DNA of 64,000 nucleotides from Octopus vulgaris. Its lineage: Eukaryota. The stretch covers positions 43,090,001 to 43,154,000 of the forward strand of contig OX597836.1 of NCBI GenBank assembly GCA_951406725.2, written 5' to 3'. Every line of letters begins with the position of its first letter. The stretch's first letter is position 1. The notes beneath the pieces were generated by a model. That model was not told where the DNA came from, did no database searches, and saw only the letters and a list, made by a program, of their open reading frames with translations. This document shows, one piece after another, positions 30,015 to 45,301 of this stretch. The position numbers and the translations under genes were made by a program.

Positions 30015-30707
30015 GTGGTGGTGGTGGTGGTGGTGCTGGTGCTGGTTACGTTGTTGTTGTTGTTGTTTTTTGTTGGTGGTGGTGGTGGAGGTTGTGTTGT
30101 TTTTGTTATTAGTGATGGTGATTGTGGTGTTAGTGGTGAGGGTGGTGATGATGATAGTTGTGGTGTTGGTGGTGGGGGTGGTAGTGGTGGTGATGGTGGT
30201 GGTGGTATTGGTAATGGTGATGATGGTTGTGGTGGTAGTGGTGTTGGTGGTGGTGGTAGTGGTGGTGGTGGTGGTGGTGGTTAGCGATGGAGATTGTTCT
30301 GGTGGTTGATGGGTTATATGGACTGGATGGTGATGATGGTGGTGATGTTGGATGTGTGTGTGTGTGTGTGTGTATGAGTGCGCTGATGGCGGTGGAGTGT
30401 TGAGAGATGTTGGCGGCATGATGACATTGACATTGGTGGTGGTGATGGTGGTGGTGGTAGTGGTGGTGGCTGTGCTGGTGCTGGTGGCGGTGCTGGTGGT
30501 TGTGGCGGCGGGGTGGGGCGATGGTGGTGGTCTTAATGGTGCAATTATTTATTACTATTCTGCTAACCTCATCAACCCACAAACTCATTAACGTTTCACC
30601 ATCAACAAGCCTTCTTCTTCATCATCTTCTTCTTCTTCTTCTTCTTGTTATTATTATTATTATTATTATCATCATCATCATCATCATCATCATCATTATT
30701 AATATTA

Positions 30708-30744
<37 letters not shown>

Positions 30745-30767
30745 CATCATCATCATCATCATCATCA

Positions 30768-30800
<33 letters not shown>
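30015..30800. repeat. (GGT)n/(TTA)n/(CAT)n low-complexity block
   Basis: Direct reading; a similar (CAT/CGT)n block lies at 36840-37307. Confidence 0.95.
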
Positions 30801-30802
<2 letters not shown>

Positions 30803-31007
30803 AATATCTGTAATTATTAAACAAAACAATTATTAACCCACCCACCCCCGGTACATGTGTGGTGTGGAACCAAAAACGTTTTTTCTTCACTTTTTCCACA
30901 TCTGCAAAACGTTTTCCTTTTAGGATATTTTTCGTTTTGGGGGGAACAAAAATAAAGTCGCAGGGAACAGGAGCAAGAAGAAAGGGAGAGTGAGCAAGAG
31001 GGATCCC

Positions 31008-31265
31008 TCATTCAGGTGTGACTGCTTCTTGATCTCCCGTAAGCAAGCGAGGCACAAATGTTGCCCCAACTCTTTTCATTCGCAACTCTTCGCTCAAACT
31101 TCGTTGGCAGAAACTCCAGGACACACCAATCATGTCAACAAGTTCGTCAGTTGTTCGATGAGGGTCCTCCGGGTTCTGTTCATGAATTTTCGGGATGTTT
31201 TCATTCGTGTGGGAGGTCGAACGAGGTCGGTCTTCAAGCGACACACGACCATTCCTAAAAAGAGC
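31008..31265 (-). mobile_element. mariner transposase fragment
   Basis: FRNGRVSLEDRPRS..TNENI..SLSEELRMKRVGATFVPRLLT (WVPRxL-type linker). Confidence 0.8.
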
Positions 31266-31513
31266 CATTTCTAAGCTAGATCCAAGGCCTCCTCATTAGA
31301 ATTTCAACAACAGAATATTTTTGTATGTATGTATGTATGTCATTATTCAGTTTATTTCAAGATTTCTTGCTCATAGAGAAAGAACCGGTTTCTAACCTAG
31401 ATCCAAGGTTCCTTCTTTGGAATTTCCTCATCAACAACAGGTTATGTATGTATGTATGTATGTATGTATGTATGTATGTATGTATGTATGTATGCATTAT
31501 GTATGTATGTGCA

Positions 31514-34669
<3,156 letters not shown>

Positions 34670-35999
34670 CACACACACACACACACATCTATAATTAATT
34701 GTGAATATGTGTATGGGCGTGTATGTATATCACATACAAACAAACTCCTTGGTTATAAATGACAATCAAAACAACAAATCATTATCTTACTGTTGACATT
34801 AGTATTAACTGCAGAAGCTGTTAAGGCAGCCATCTTAAGTTTTTCTTTTGTTTTCTCGACATCTGTTCTGAAGTGAAAGACAGTCCAAGCAGAAATCTCA
34901 CGTACTTCTAAATACATTGTGACATTGATAAATATTTACAATATCGATCATTTAACTCTTCGCATTTTAGCTGAATATTAACGAAAATAGGCTTGAATTA
35001 ATGCTGATGTCAAAGTCCCTTAGTCTGTCCTTGTTTGTCTCTTCTATGTTTAGCCCCTTGTAGGCAATAAAGAAATAGGTATTTCGCCTGTCGCTGCGTT
35101 CTGAGTTCAAATTCCGCCGAGGTCGACTTTGCTTTTCATCCTTTCAGGGTCGATAAATTAAGTACCCGTTACGCACTGGGGTCGATGTAATCGACTTAAT
35201 CCGTTTGTCTGTCCTTATTTGTCCCGTCTATGTTTAGCCCCTTGTGGGCAATAAAGAAATAGGTATTTCGCCTGTCGCTGCGTTCTGAGTTCAAATTCCG
35301 CCGAGGTCGACTTTGTCTTTCATCCTTTCGGGAATGATAAATTAAGTACCAGTTGCGTTCTAGGGCCGATGTAATCGACTTGTCCCCTTCACCAAAAATT
35401 TCGGGCCTTGTACCTTTAGTTGAAAGGATTATTATTATGATTATTAATGGTAGCACACCGGACAAAATGCTTAGCAGCATTTCGTCTACCTTGACGTTCT
35501 GAGTTCCAATTCCACAGAGGTCACCTTTCCCTTCCACCCTTACGGGATCGATGTAATCGACTGGAAGCCTCCCTACAAATTCCAGGCTTTGTGCCTATAG
35601 TACAAAGGATTATCATTATCGTTAAGGCGGTGAGCTGGCAGAGTCGTTAACACACCGTGCAAAATGCTTAGCAGCATTTCGTCCGTCTTTACGTTCTGAG
35701 TTCAAATTCCGCTGAGGTCGACTTTGCTTTTTATCCTTTCGGAGTTGAAGAAATAAGTACCAGTTACGCATTAGGATCGATTCAATCGACTAGCCCCCAC
35801 ACCCCAAATTTCAGGCCTTGTACCTATATTAAAGAGGATTGTTGTTGTTAATAAGGCGGTCAGCTGGCAGAATCTTTTAGCGCATCAGACACAATCATTC
35901 GTAGCATTTCTTCCGGCCCTTTAAGTTTTGCGTTCAAATTCCGCTGAGGTTTACTTTGTCTTTCATCATTTCGGGGTCGAAAAATTTAAAACAGAAGAC

Positions 36000-36645
36000 A
36001 ACAAGAGCACTCAGAGAAATACTAAAAATGAACCTGACCGCTCTCAAAAATTGACCAGCAGTTTTTTAAAATAATGTCCACGTAACTAAACACTTTTAAA
36101 CTTCGTATACTGGTAGAATGTGTTTATAAAACATCTTTTTCTCTTGGCTTTATTGAGAAAATTCTATAGTTTGTAAGATATTTGTTGGTGTTTTTCTTCA
36201 ATTTCTGCAATTTCAAGCAATCAATGACGTCTATTGAGGTGAAAACATTCTGTGCTGTATGAATATGTCCCTCGTTTAAGAAAAAGATTGGGTTTATTTA
36301 CATTTCTGAAGAAAAAAAGATATCCTTTCCCCAACCCCTAAACCTAACCCTATCCATAACCCTAACTAACCCTAACTCTAACCCTAACCCTAAAACAGAT
36401 TGAAATGCAATAGATCGATACTAGGGTCATAATTATGGGTGACAATTTCATATGACACCGCTAGGAAAAAACTGCCGGTCAAACCGAAAAGATCCAGTTT
36501 GTGTTAGTCACGAGGCCAAATATCCCTGAAAGTTTAATCCAAATCCATCCTGTGGTTCTTGAGATATCTTGTCCACGGACAAACAAACAAACAAACAAAT
36601 ACGACTGAAAACAATACCCCCGACTAAGCGAAGACGGAGGTAAAA
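36000..36645. mobile_element. Helentron/HINE-like element containing a CCCTAA-repeat MITE (~36050-36496)
   Basis: AACAAGAGCACTCAGAG start, (CAAA)n, terminal ..GGAGGTAAAA. The inner element shares ends and body with 41463-42107. Confidence 0.5.
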
Positions 36646-37027
36646 ATGGGTCACGACATTTTTTCCAGATCATCGCATTCTGAGTTCAAATTCCGTGAGG
36701 ACAAATTTTGCATTTTATTCTTTCGGGGTTCGAAAAAATAAAGTACTGGGTGGGGGTATGGGTCGAGTGTCGACCAACTACCAACTTCCAAAAAGAAGAA
36801 AAATGCAAAACTTGCGCCAGAATTTGAAATAATTATTATATATCATCATCATCATCATCATCATTATCATAGTCCTAGTCGTCTCATCATTATCGCCATC
36901 ATCATCATAATCATCGTCATCATCATCATCATCATCATCATCGTCATTATCATCATCAGCAGCGTCATCATTGTCATCACCGTCGTCGTTACCATCAGAG
37001 GCATCATCATCATCATCATCGTCGTCG

Positions 37028-37059
<32 letters not shown>

Positions 37060-37413
37060 GTCATCATCATCGTTGTCATCATCATCGTCGTCATCATCAT
37101 CATCATCATCAGCAGCAGCAACAGCAGCAGCAGCAGTAGCGTCATCATTGTCATCACCGTCGTCGTCACCATCAGATTCATCATCATCATCATCATCATC
37201 GTCGTCATCATCATAATCATCGTCATCATCATCATCGGCGTCGTCATCATCATCATCATCATCGTCGTCGTCGTCGTCATCGTCATCGTCGTCGTCGTCA
37301 TCATCATTTTAAATGTAAATAAAACTAAGATTGCTTTACACAACCGCCACTACAACTGCTGGTTCTAAAGGCCGCCATCTCGAATGGCTGAAGTCACGCA
37401 CACCCAAACACCG

Positions 37414-37461
<48 letters not shown>

Positions 37462-37807
37462 AAGGAATACACCGAAGACCAGTTAATTAGAATCCTTACG
37501 TCTGACGCTGTTGTTTGCTATTGTTCTCGGACAGAGAATCCAATTGTGGAAAAGATTATCGTTTATACAGATATGAATAAATATAAAGACATATATACAC
37601 GTACGTATACAACCTTAGCTCTTAGACACAGTCACGCAGTAACACGAATAGACGCTGACACATATACTCACATATATACACGTATGTGTTTACGTGAATA
37701 CACAACAAACAATATAGAGTAAACTACATATATATATATACACATACACACACCCCTCCCCATACACACACATACATATACATGTGTGTGTATATGTGTA
37801 TATGTGT

Positions 37808-37851
<44 letters not shown>

Positions 37852-37998
37852 TGTACACGTATATACACATATACATATATAGATATACATATACGTAATA
37901 ATATATATATATATATATGCATATATACATACATATATATATATATACGTAAATATATATACATATACAGTAATATATATATATAGGTGCACACACAA

Positions 37999-38040
<42 letters not shown>

Positions 38041-38100
38041 GTATATGTATATGCACCACCACGCACATACATACATATATACATGTATGTATATACACAC

Positions 38101-38132
<32 letters not shown>

Positions 38133-38280
38133 ATACACACACATATATATATATATACACACATACATTCATACATACGTATACAGAAACATACTGGGGG
38201 GGGGGGGGGGCAACAGGTCTTTATTCGTAGATATAAATATTTAATTTAACACATGAACACCCTACACACATCACGCACAA

Positions 38281-38331
<51 letters not shown>

Positions 38332-38401
38332 GAGGCATACACACCACTTGACATCTGCTAATTAGACACAGCGTAATCAATAGTGTGTTGTAATATATTC
38401 T

Positions 38402-38411
38402 TATTTAAAAG
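38402..38411 (+). promoter_or_regulatory. Putative TATA box of the mucin/defensin-like gene
   Basis: TATTTAAAAG about 100 nt upstream of the ATG; supported by position only. Confidence 0.35.
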
Positions 38412-38509
38412 GGAGTACCAGTTGCTTTATCTTTTGGTTCTGTATTTCCTTCGAACGCCCAAGAAGCGAAAGGCTATTTCATTTGCAAGAAACTACCAAC
38501 GCCAGAATA

Positions 38510-38570
38510 ATGTCACAAACAATATATTTCCTACTTCTGTGTGGAATTTTCTGCTCGGCTTTGGCTTCAT
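38510..38570 (+). CDS. Exon 1 (signal peptide) of a secreted Cys-rich/mucin-like protein
   Basis: ATG at 38510 reads MSQTIYFLLLCGIFCSALAS: a hydrophobic core with an A-L-A cleavage motif. Ends in a phase-1 donor T|GTAAGT. TATA-like TATTTAAA at ~38402. Not in the ORF track. Confidence 0.85.
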
Positions 38571-38785
38571 GTAAGTTAGATGTATTTCTTATAGCTATTA
38601 TATGTTTGGTTTGGAAGAGTTGATGGAAGGATTGGCATATCCCAATGTAAATGTAAATGTAAATTCTGTGTTCGAATCCTAACGATGTCAGCTTTGCCGT
38701 TTTCATCTTTCAGAGGTCGATAAAAATAGGTAAGGGTAAAGTACACACACAGTCCGGCACAGTCGACTGTTCATCCGCCACACAA

Positions 38786-38879
<94 letters not shown>

Positions 38880-39051
38880 TATGTATATATATGTATATAT
38901 ATATGTATATATATATATGTATGTATGTATATATATATATATATACATATTTATATATATATATACATATTTATATATATATATACATATTTATATATAT
39001 ATATACATATTTATATATATATACATATTTATATATATATATATATATATC

Positions 39052-39096
<45 letters not shown>

Positions 39097-39240
39097 AATA
39101 TCGTGTACATTAAAACACATTAAGGGTCTTCCATCATAGGAAACCATTGCGCTAGAAAGAGCAGTAAACAACTCAAACCACTAATTAGGGATAAATTCTC
39201 GAAGGGAAAGAAAATTAAGATCATTTACCATCTAATATTA

Positions 39241-39313
<73 letters not shown>

Positions 39314-39330
39314 TTATGTATATATGTATG

Positions 39331-39434
<104 letters not shown>

Positions 39435-39454
39435 TATATATATATATGTGTGTA

Positions 39455-39571
<117 letters not shown>

Positions 39572-39784
39572 AATCTAACTGGGCCCCACCTGCAAGGTCA
39601 AGCACTGTTTATCTTGATGTAAGATCACCATGTCGTGCACATATGGTTGTGATGCAAGTGCCTGGTGTACCTTTATCAGACGGGTAGCCATGATGGGTAT
39701 ACACGGCTTCGTATATTTTACCCAGTGTCACAGGATGATGGCATGCACTGCTCTCTCACTATAATGATAATGATAATAATAATA

Positions 39785-39869
<85 letters not shown>

Positions 39870-39894
39870 CTTAGGAAAGAAAATTTCCCCAAAG

Positions 39895-39936
39895 CACCAG
39901 ATGAAGGCTGTAGGGTATATCAGCCGAAACGTTGTT
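39895..39936 (+). ncRNA. Degenerate minimal hammerhead motif (intron 1, sense)
   Basis: CAC-CAGAUGA (U4A change)-A-GGCUG...CAGCC-GAAA-CGU-U-GU, matching the Penelope-type minimal hammerhead layout. Confidence 0.55.
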
Positions 39937-40193
39937 AACAACAAACAATTTCTAAAGTTTCTAGAAATTTCTGTCCACCTTTTTTCGAGTAGCGTGCGTA
40001 TTGTGAAAAAATTATATGGTTAATGGACAATATGTCCAATTTTTCGGCATATTTGGCATTAGAAATTTTTCTTGTTTGCCCTTATTTATGAATTGTTTAT
40101 AATTTTAACCTTTAAAGGTATTTTTTAACATGCTGGCCATTGATAAAATTTTGGGGGAAAAGAATTTTTTTCGAAAAAGTTTTATCGTACATT

Positions 40194-40238
<45 letters not shown>

Positions 40239-40368
40239 GAAATAGAAAGATGAATAATCTTGTTGCAGATTAATCAAAAGTTTGGCCATGGGCTCTTAGG
40301 AGCCTCGTTCGATTTGTTTTGCTCCGCCTCTGTTCTGTTTTTGTTTTTTCCAACGGATTTCCTATTTC

Positions 40369-40448
40369 TTCCTGAAGAGAAAGACACAATATGGTCTCCT
40401 TATTCAATCGGAATTTGGTAAATTGTGCCTTTCGAAACACGTGTAGAA
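40369..40448 (+). ncRNA. Type-I hammerhead ribozyme motif, intact core (intron 1, sense)
   Basis: Stem I UUC/GAA; CUGAAGA at 40372-78; stem II GAAAGACACAAU/AUUGUGCCUUUC (11/12 bp); GAAA at 40434-37; palindromic stem III ACACGUGU; cleavage triplet GUA (after 40445). Confidence 0.85.
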
Positions 40449-40501
40449 TGCAATAAAACGATTTCTGTTCAATCTTCGTTCAACTCCATTTCTTCAATTC
40501 A

Positions 40502-40580
<79 letters not shown>

Positions 40581-40720
40581 TGCATATATACATGCATATA
40601 TATATATATATATATAGGCTCGAAACGTAAAAGACTTTTTCTATTCCTGAGCGTTATACTAATACATCTGTTTGTTTTGTACACCACCTGTCTTCGACTT
40701 TTGTCTTTTTCGTAAACTCT

Positions 40721-40758
<38 letters not shown>

Positions 40759-40907
40759 TATGAGAATGACCGTTTAAACAAAGGGAAAATGTTCAATTTT
40801 ACCCCCTAGCGGTCATTCAAATAGCACTTTTGTCTTAATAACGGACAATCACACAGTAATTACCCTTTGTTTTACGGTCATCTTCATAGCATTTTTTCCG
40901 TTGGCCG

Positions 40908-40968
40908 GATAACTGAAGAGATGGCGGCGTGGATTTCCACCCCGACATCTGAAACTCGGAGTTTTATC
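40908..40968 (+). ncRNA. Type-I hammerhead ribozyme motif, near-intact (intron 1, sense)
   Basis: Stem I GAUAA/UUAUC; CUGAAGA at 40913-19; extended stem II GAUG..CGG.GUGGA/UCCAC.CCG..CAUC; one extra U, then GAAA; stem III ACUC-G-GAGU; GUU triplet. Confidence 0.75.
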
Positions 40969-41068
40969 ATGGCTACCAAATAATTGTCACATATTACATT
41001 TACAGATAAATTCCTCTATTTACATAATATTGAGGTCTCTTTCATTCTTTTGTTGTCTTACCATTTTT

Positions 41069-41118
<50 letters not shown>

Positions 41119-41199
41119 TAAGTAATAAAGGGTTTGGCAACGAATGCTTACCACATACCACATATATATATTTGACAATCATTTATGTGATATTTTCAG

Positions 41200-41337
41200 G
41201 TCCAGCAAAATGCTCCTTACCAACTTACGATTGTGCACAACCATTTCCAGATTGTCTGTCAAAAGGGGCCACTGTTGTGTGTGTCGAAAATGATCAATTT
41301 AAATGTGTTTTAGAAGTTCCACGTACTGGCCCAATTT
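41200..41337 (+). CDS. Exon 2: six-Cys module 1
   Basis: TTTTCAG| acceptor and T|GTAAGT donor, phase 1-1. Translates (C)PAKCSLPTYDCAQPFPDCLSKGATVVCVENDQFKCVLEVPRTGPI; the first Cys codon is split across intron 1. Confidence 0.88.
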
Positions 41338-41462
41338 GTAAGTACCTCTATATCAGATTTAACAGAAGTCTGTGTTTTTTTCTCTAACTTTTTTTTTTTT
41401 TTTTTTTTTTGTCTGGGTAAGAAGCTAAACATGGCTAGTCAAGCTTTCGTTATCGTTTTTTG

Positions 41463-42107
41463 GGATCTTTTCCTTTTGAACGGCAGACAATTTCTAGTTA
41501 ACTAAACACTTTAAAATTTCGTATACTAGTAGAATGTGTCAAAATAAAACATTTTTTTCTCTTGGCTTTCTTGAGAAAATTGTAATTTGTTTGTTTAACG
41601 TAGTTTAATTTTTCGAATTTTAACCAATCCTATGCTCACTTTTTGAGCTAAAATCATTTGCTGCGTCTAAAACTGAGACAACATCCTGTAACTAACCCTA
41701 AATCCTCCCCCTAACCCTAACCCTAATTTTTTTTTCTTAATTGTTAAATTAATTTAATTGTTACGCGAGTAAAAAAACTAAAGCAATGGAATTAAATTAA
41801 TTTAACGATTAAGAAAAATAAATTAGGGTTAGGGTTAGGGTTAGGGGGGAGGTTTAAGATTAGTTACAGGATGTTGTCTCAGTTTTAGACGCAGCAAATG
41901 ATTTTAGTTGAATGGAGGTAATCGATTGGTTAAAATTGCCGAAATGCTCGGATTTTCAGACGAAATATCTTACAAACTATAGAATTTTCTCAATAAAACT
42001 AAGAGAAAATGATGTTTTATAAACACATTCTACCAGTATACGAAGTTTCAAAGTGTTTAGTTCACTAGAAATTGTGTTGACATTTGCCGTTCAAAACGAA
42101 AAGATCC
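41463..42107. mobile_element. Foldback/MITE palindrome with internal (CCCTAA)n/(TTAGGG)n (intron 2)
   Basis: TIR GGATCTTTTCCTTTTGAACGGCA / TGCCGTTCAAAACGAAAAGATCC; the two halves are complementary over most of their length. Confidence 0.85.
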
Positions 42108-42356
42108 GTTGTTTAGTTACTATAATTATACATTCTGTAGGCGTAAACATAAGGTGCATGTTTAAGAAACTCGCTTTTCAACCACGCGGTTCCGGGTTCA
42201 GTCCCGCTGCACGGCACTTTAGGTAAGTGTACTCTACTATAGACACGAGTCAACCAAAGCCTTGTGAGGGGATTTCATAGAAGGAAACTATGCGGAAGCC
42301 AATCGTATACGTGTACGTGTGACTGCGCGTGTGCGTATATTTGTGTGGTATGGTGT

Positions 42357-42426
<70 letters not shown>

Positions 42427-42433
42427 CTCTCTC

Positions 42434-42561
<128 letters not shown>

Positions 42562-43432
42562 CTGCGAGTGTCACGTTGCTCTCAAGCAACTCTGCCGTCC
42601 CGGGTCGACCCTGAGTGACTCCATCACAACCCAAGCATTCTATAGGGGATTAGTAGAGGGGAGGTACGACGACGAGCGCTCGGGCCGAACCTGGACGTCG
42701 ACGAAGGAATACCTGACCCGCCTGTTCGGGACGACTTTCGGGCCAATATCGTCAATATTGTCACGCCTCCTTCCTTCAAACGGGAAGGAAGAGCTATTTT
42801 CATCATCCTTGTGGCTATGGCGAAAGAATGTATCTGGTGGACGCGTCTGAAAGGATTGGAGACAAACACTTTCCTCTCTGGTCAATCTCTCATCAATTTC
42901 TTCAAGTACCACTTGAAAAGGAAAGTGAGAGTAGAGAGGCAAGTTTTGTCTAGCGAATGTTTTAAAAAAAGATGGGTGAATGTAGCAAGGATGTCACGTA
43001 TGAATGACGAAGCCACCTTGAGCATAATCCTATGAACCCAGGAATTGAAAACAGAGGGTTACCCACTTGCAAACAAATGTGGTAACATATAACAATATTG
43101 ACCGAGGTTACCGTGGTCTTTTTCGTAGGCTTTTCTTCCCACGGATAAACCTTATCTGCTTCCCCCTTTACACCGTACATCATGACACTGTGATACACGA
43201 TCCCTATTGATCATTTTTTTCCTCTTCCCCTTTTTTCCTCTTTTTGCTTCTTTTTTCTTTTTTCTTCTCTTTTGTTTCTTTTCCTTTTTTCTTCTTTTTT
43301 TTTTCGTTTTTCCCTTTTACGATCCCTTTTGATCGAAAACCTACGCCACTTTTTTTTTCATCCCCCAAAAGAAAAGCTCTACCTTGTAACTTGTCCCATC
43401 TGTGTGCAGCCCTGTGTGGCCAATAAAGAAAC
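42562..43432 (+). mobile_element. Tx1/L1-clade LINE 3' fragment (intron 2)
   Basis: [45 protein letters not shown]-rich 3' UTR, AATAAA end; (CTAT)n on both sides. Confidence 0.75.
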
Positions 43433-43494
<62 letters not shown>

Positions 43495-43568
43495 GTCTGT
43501 CTGTCTATTTATCTATCTATCTGTCTATCTATATATCTGTCTATCTATCTACTATCTACCTATCTATG

Positions 43569-43619
<51 letters not shown>

Positions 43620-43711
43620 CTATCTTTCTGTCTGTCTGTCTGTCTGTCTATTTATCTATCTATCTGTCTATCTATCTATCTGTCTATCTATCTACTATCT
43701 ACCTATCTATG

Positions 43712-43776
<65 letters not shown>

Positions 43777-43851
43777 GTCTGTCTATCTGTCTGTCTATTT
43801 ATCTATCTATCTATCTATCTGTCTATCTATCGATCTATCTATCTGTCTATA

Positions 43852-43953
<102 letters not shown>

Positions 43954-43997
43954 CCTGTCTATCTGTCTGTCAATCTCCTCATAAACTTTTTTTTCAG

Positions 43998-44348
43998 GTC
44001 CTCAGTGTTTTGAGCCCGGTTATAAATGTTCGGGAATATATTTAGTCGACAACTGCACGGATGCATTATACGTATGTCCAGACAGAACCATGTCCATTTA
44101 TTACTGCGTTGAAAAGTACACCACTACAATCCCAGCTCCTACGACAACTCTTCCCACCACTACTACCACAACACCGGAACCAACCACCACTCCTAAACCG
44201 ACCACCACACCGGAACCGACCACCACACCGCAACCGACAACCACTCCGGAACCGACCACCACACCGAAACCGACAACCACTCCGGAACCGACCACCACTC
44301 CGGAACCGACAACCACTCCGGAACCGACCACCACGACAGAAATGCCAG
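43998..44348 (+). CDS. Exon 3: six-Cys module 2 plus Thr/Pro-rich mucin stalk
   Basis: TTTTTTTTCAG| acceptor and G|GTAAGT donor, phase 1-1. Translates (C)[40 protein letters not shown], then [18 protein letters not shown], 9 x P(E/K/Q)PTTT, TEMP. Confidence 0.9.
44174..44335 (+). repeat. Coding 18-bp minisatellite (9 units) encoding P(E/K/Q)PTTT
   Basis: Repeated CCG(G/A/C)AACCGAC(C/A)ACCAC(T/A) units within exon 3. Confidence 0.95.
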
Positions 44349-44389
44349 GTAAGTTATTCTAGTGAATAGTAATGAGAGGTGAGAAGAAG

Positions 44390-44975
44390 GCGGCGAGCTG
44401 GCATAAACGTTAGCACATCGGGCGAAATGCTTAGCGGTATTTCGCCTGCCGCTAGGTTCTGAGTTCAAATTACGCCGAGGTCGACTTTGTCTTTCATCCT
44501 TTCGATGTCGATTAAATAAGTACCAGTTACGCACTAGGGTCGATATAATCGACTTAATCCGTTTGTATGTCCTTGTTTGTCCCCTCTGTGTTTAGCTCCT
44601 TGTGGGTAGTAAAGAAATAGGTATTTCGTCTGCCGCTACGTTCTGAGTTCAAATTCCGCCGAGGTCGACTTTGCCTTTCATCCTTTCGGGTTCGATTAAA
44701 CAAGTACCAGTTACGCACTGGGGTCAATATAATCGATTTAATCCGTTTGTCTGCCCTTGTTTGTCCCCTCTGTGTTTAGCCCCTTGTGGGTAGTAAAGAA
44801 ATAGGTATTTCGTCTGCCGCTACGTTCTGAGTTCAGATTCCGCCGAGGTCGACTTTGCCTTTTATCCTTTTGGGGTCGATAAATTAAGTACCAGTTACGC
44901 ACTGGGGTCGATATAATCGACTATCTCCCTTGCCCCCAAAAATTTTAGTCCTTGTTCCTATAATAGAAAGGATAA
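44390..44975 (+). mobile_element. SINE family C, tandem multimer filling intron 3
   Basis: Head GGCGGCGAGCTGGCA..GAGTTCAAATT followed by repeated ~185-bp units. Other arrays at 2625-2850(-), 10680-11335(-), 11418-11645, 20787-21190, 35020-35980. Confidence 0.85.
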
Positions 44976-45009
44976 TAATTATTGTTGTTCCTCTCGGTTT
45001 TTTTTATAG

Positions 45010-45167
45010 GTAATCAATGTACAAAAATTCCTGGACTTAACCTACCTGTTCCTAACTTTTGTCTACCGAAAATGACGTCTAAGGGTGGCTGCCCATATGG
45101 TGTCTTCGTGGAGGACACGATTCATGAGTGTGAAAATAAGAACTTAGCATGCTGTGTCTTAAAACCG
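45010..45167 (+). CDS. Exon 4: six-Cys beta-defensin-like module
   Basis: TTTTTATAG| acceptor, phase 1. Translates (G)NQCTKIPGLNLPVPNFCLPKMTSKGGCPYGVFVEDTIHECENKNLACCVLKP, with pattern C-x13-C-x9-C-x12-C-x6-CC. Phase-0 donor CCG|GTAATT. Confidence 0.85.
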
Positions 45168-45236
45168 GTAATTGTATTGCTACGAAGTTTATTGAATTTT
45201 TGTTCTTGTTGTTGTTGTTGTTGTTATTATTTACAG

Positions 45237-45263
45237 TCCAGCTCGAATCCAGTATTTTTATGA
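45237..45263 (+). CDS. Possible terminal coding exon (SSSNPVFL*)
   Basis: TTTACAG| acceptor 69 nt after the exon-4 donor, in phase 0. The true last exon could lie further downstream. Confidence 0.4.
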   Translation, partial: SSSNPVFL

Positions 45264-45301
45264 TGAAAGCTGTCCAGCAATGGCAAATACAGCCCTCTTT
45301 G

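Noticed and set aside
36867-37343. Met-rich ORF, superficially reflectin-like
   Set aside because: A pure (CAT/CGT)n microsatellite with no reflectin motif and none of the Tyr/Arg content.
44390-44975. Regularly spaced repeats resembling a CRISPR array
   Set aside because: Eukaryotic tandem SINE-C units with no unique spacers and no cas genes.
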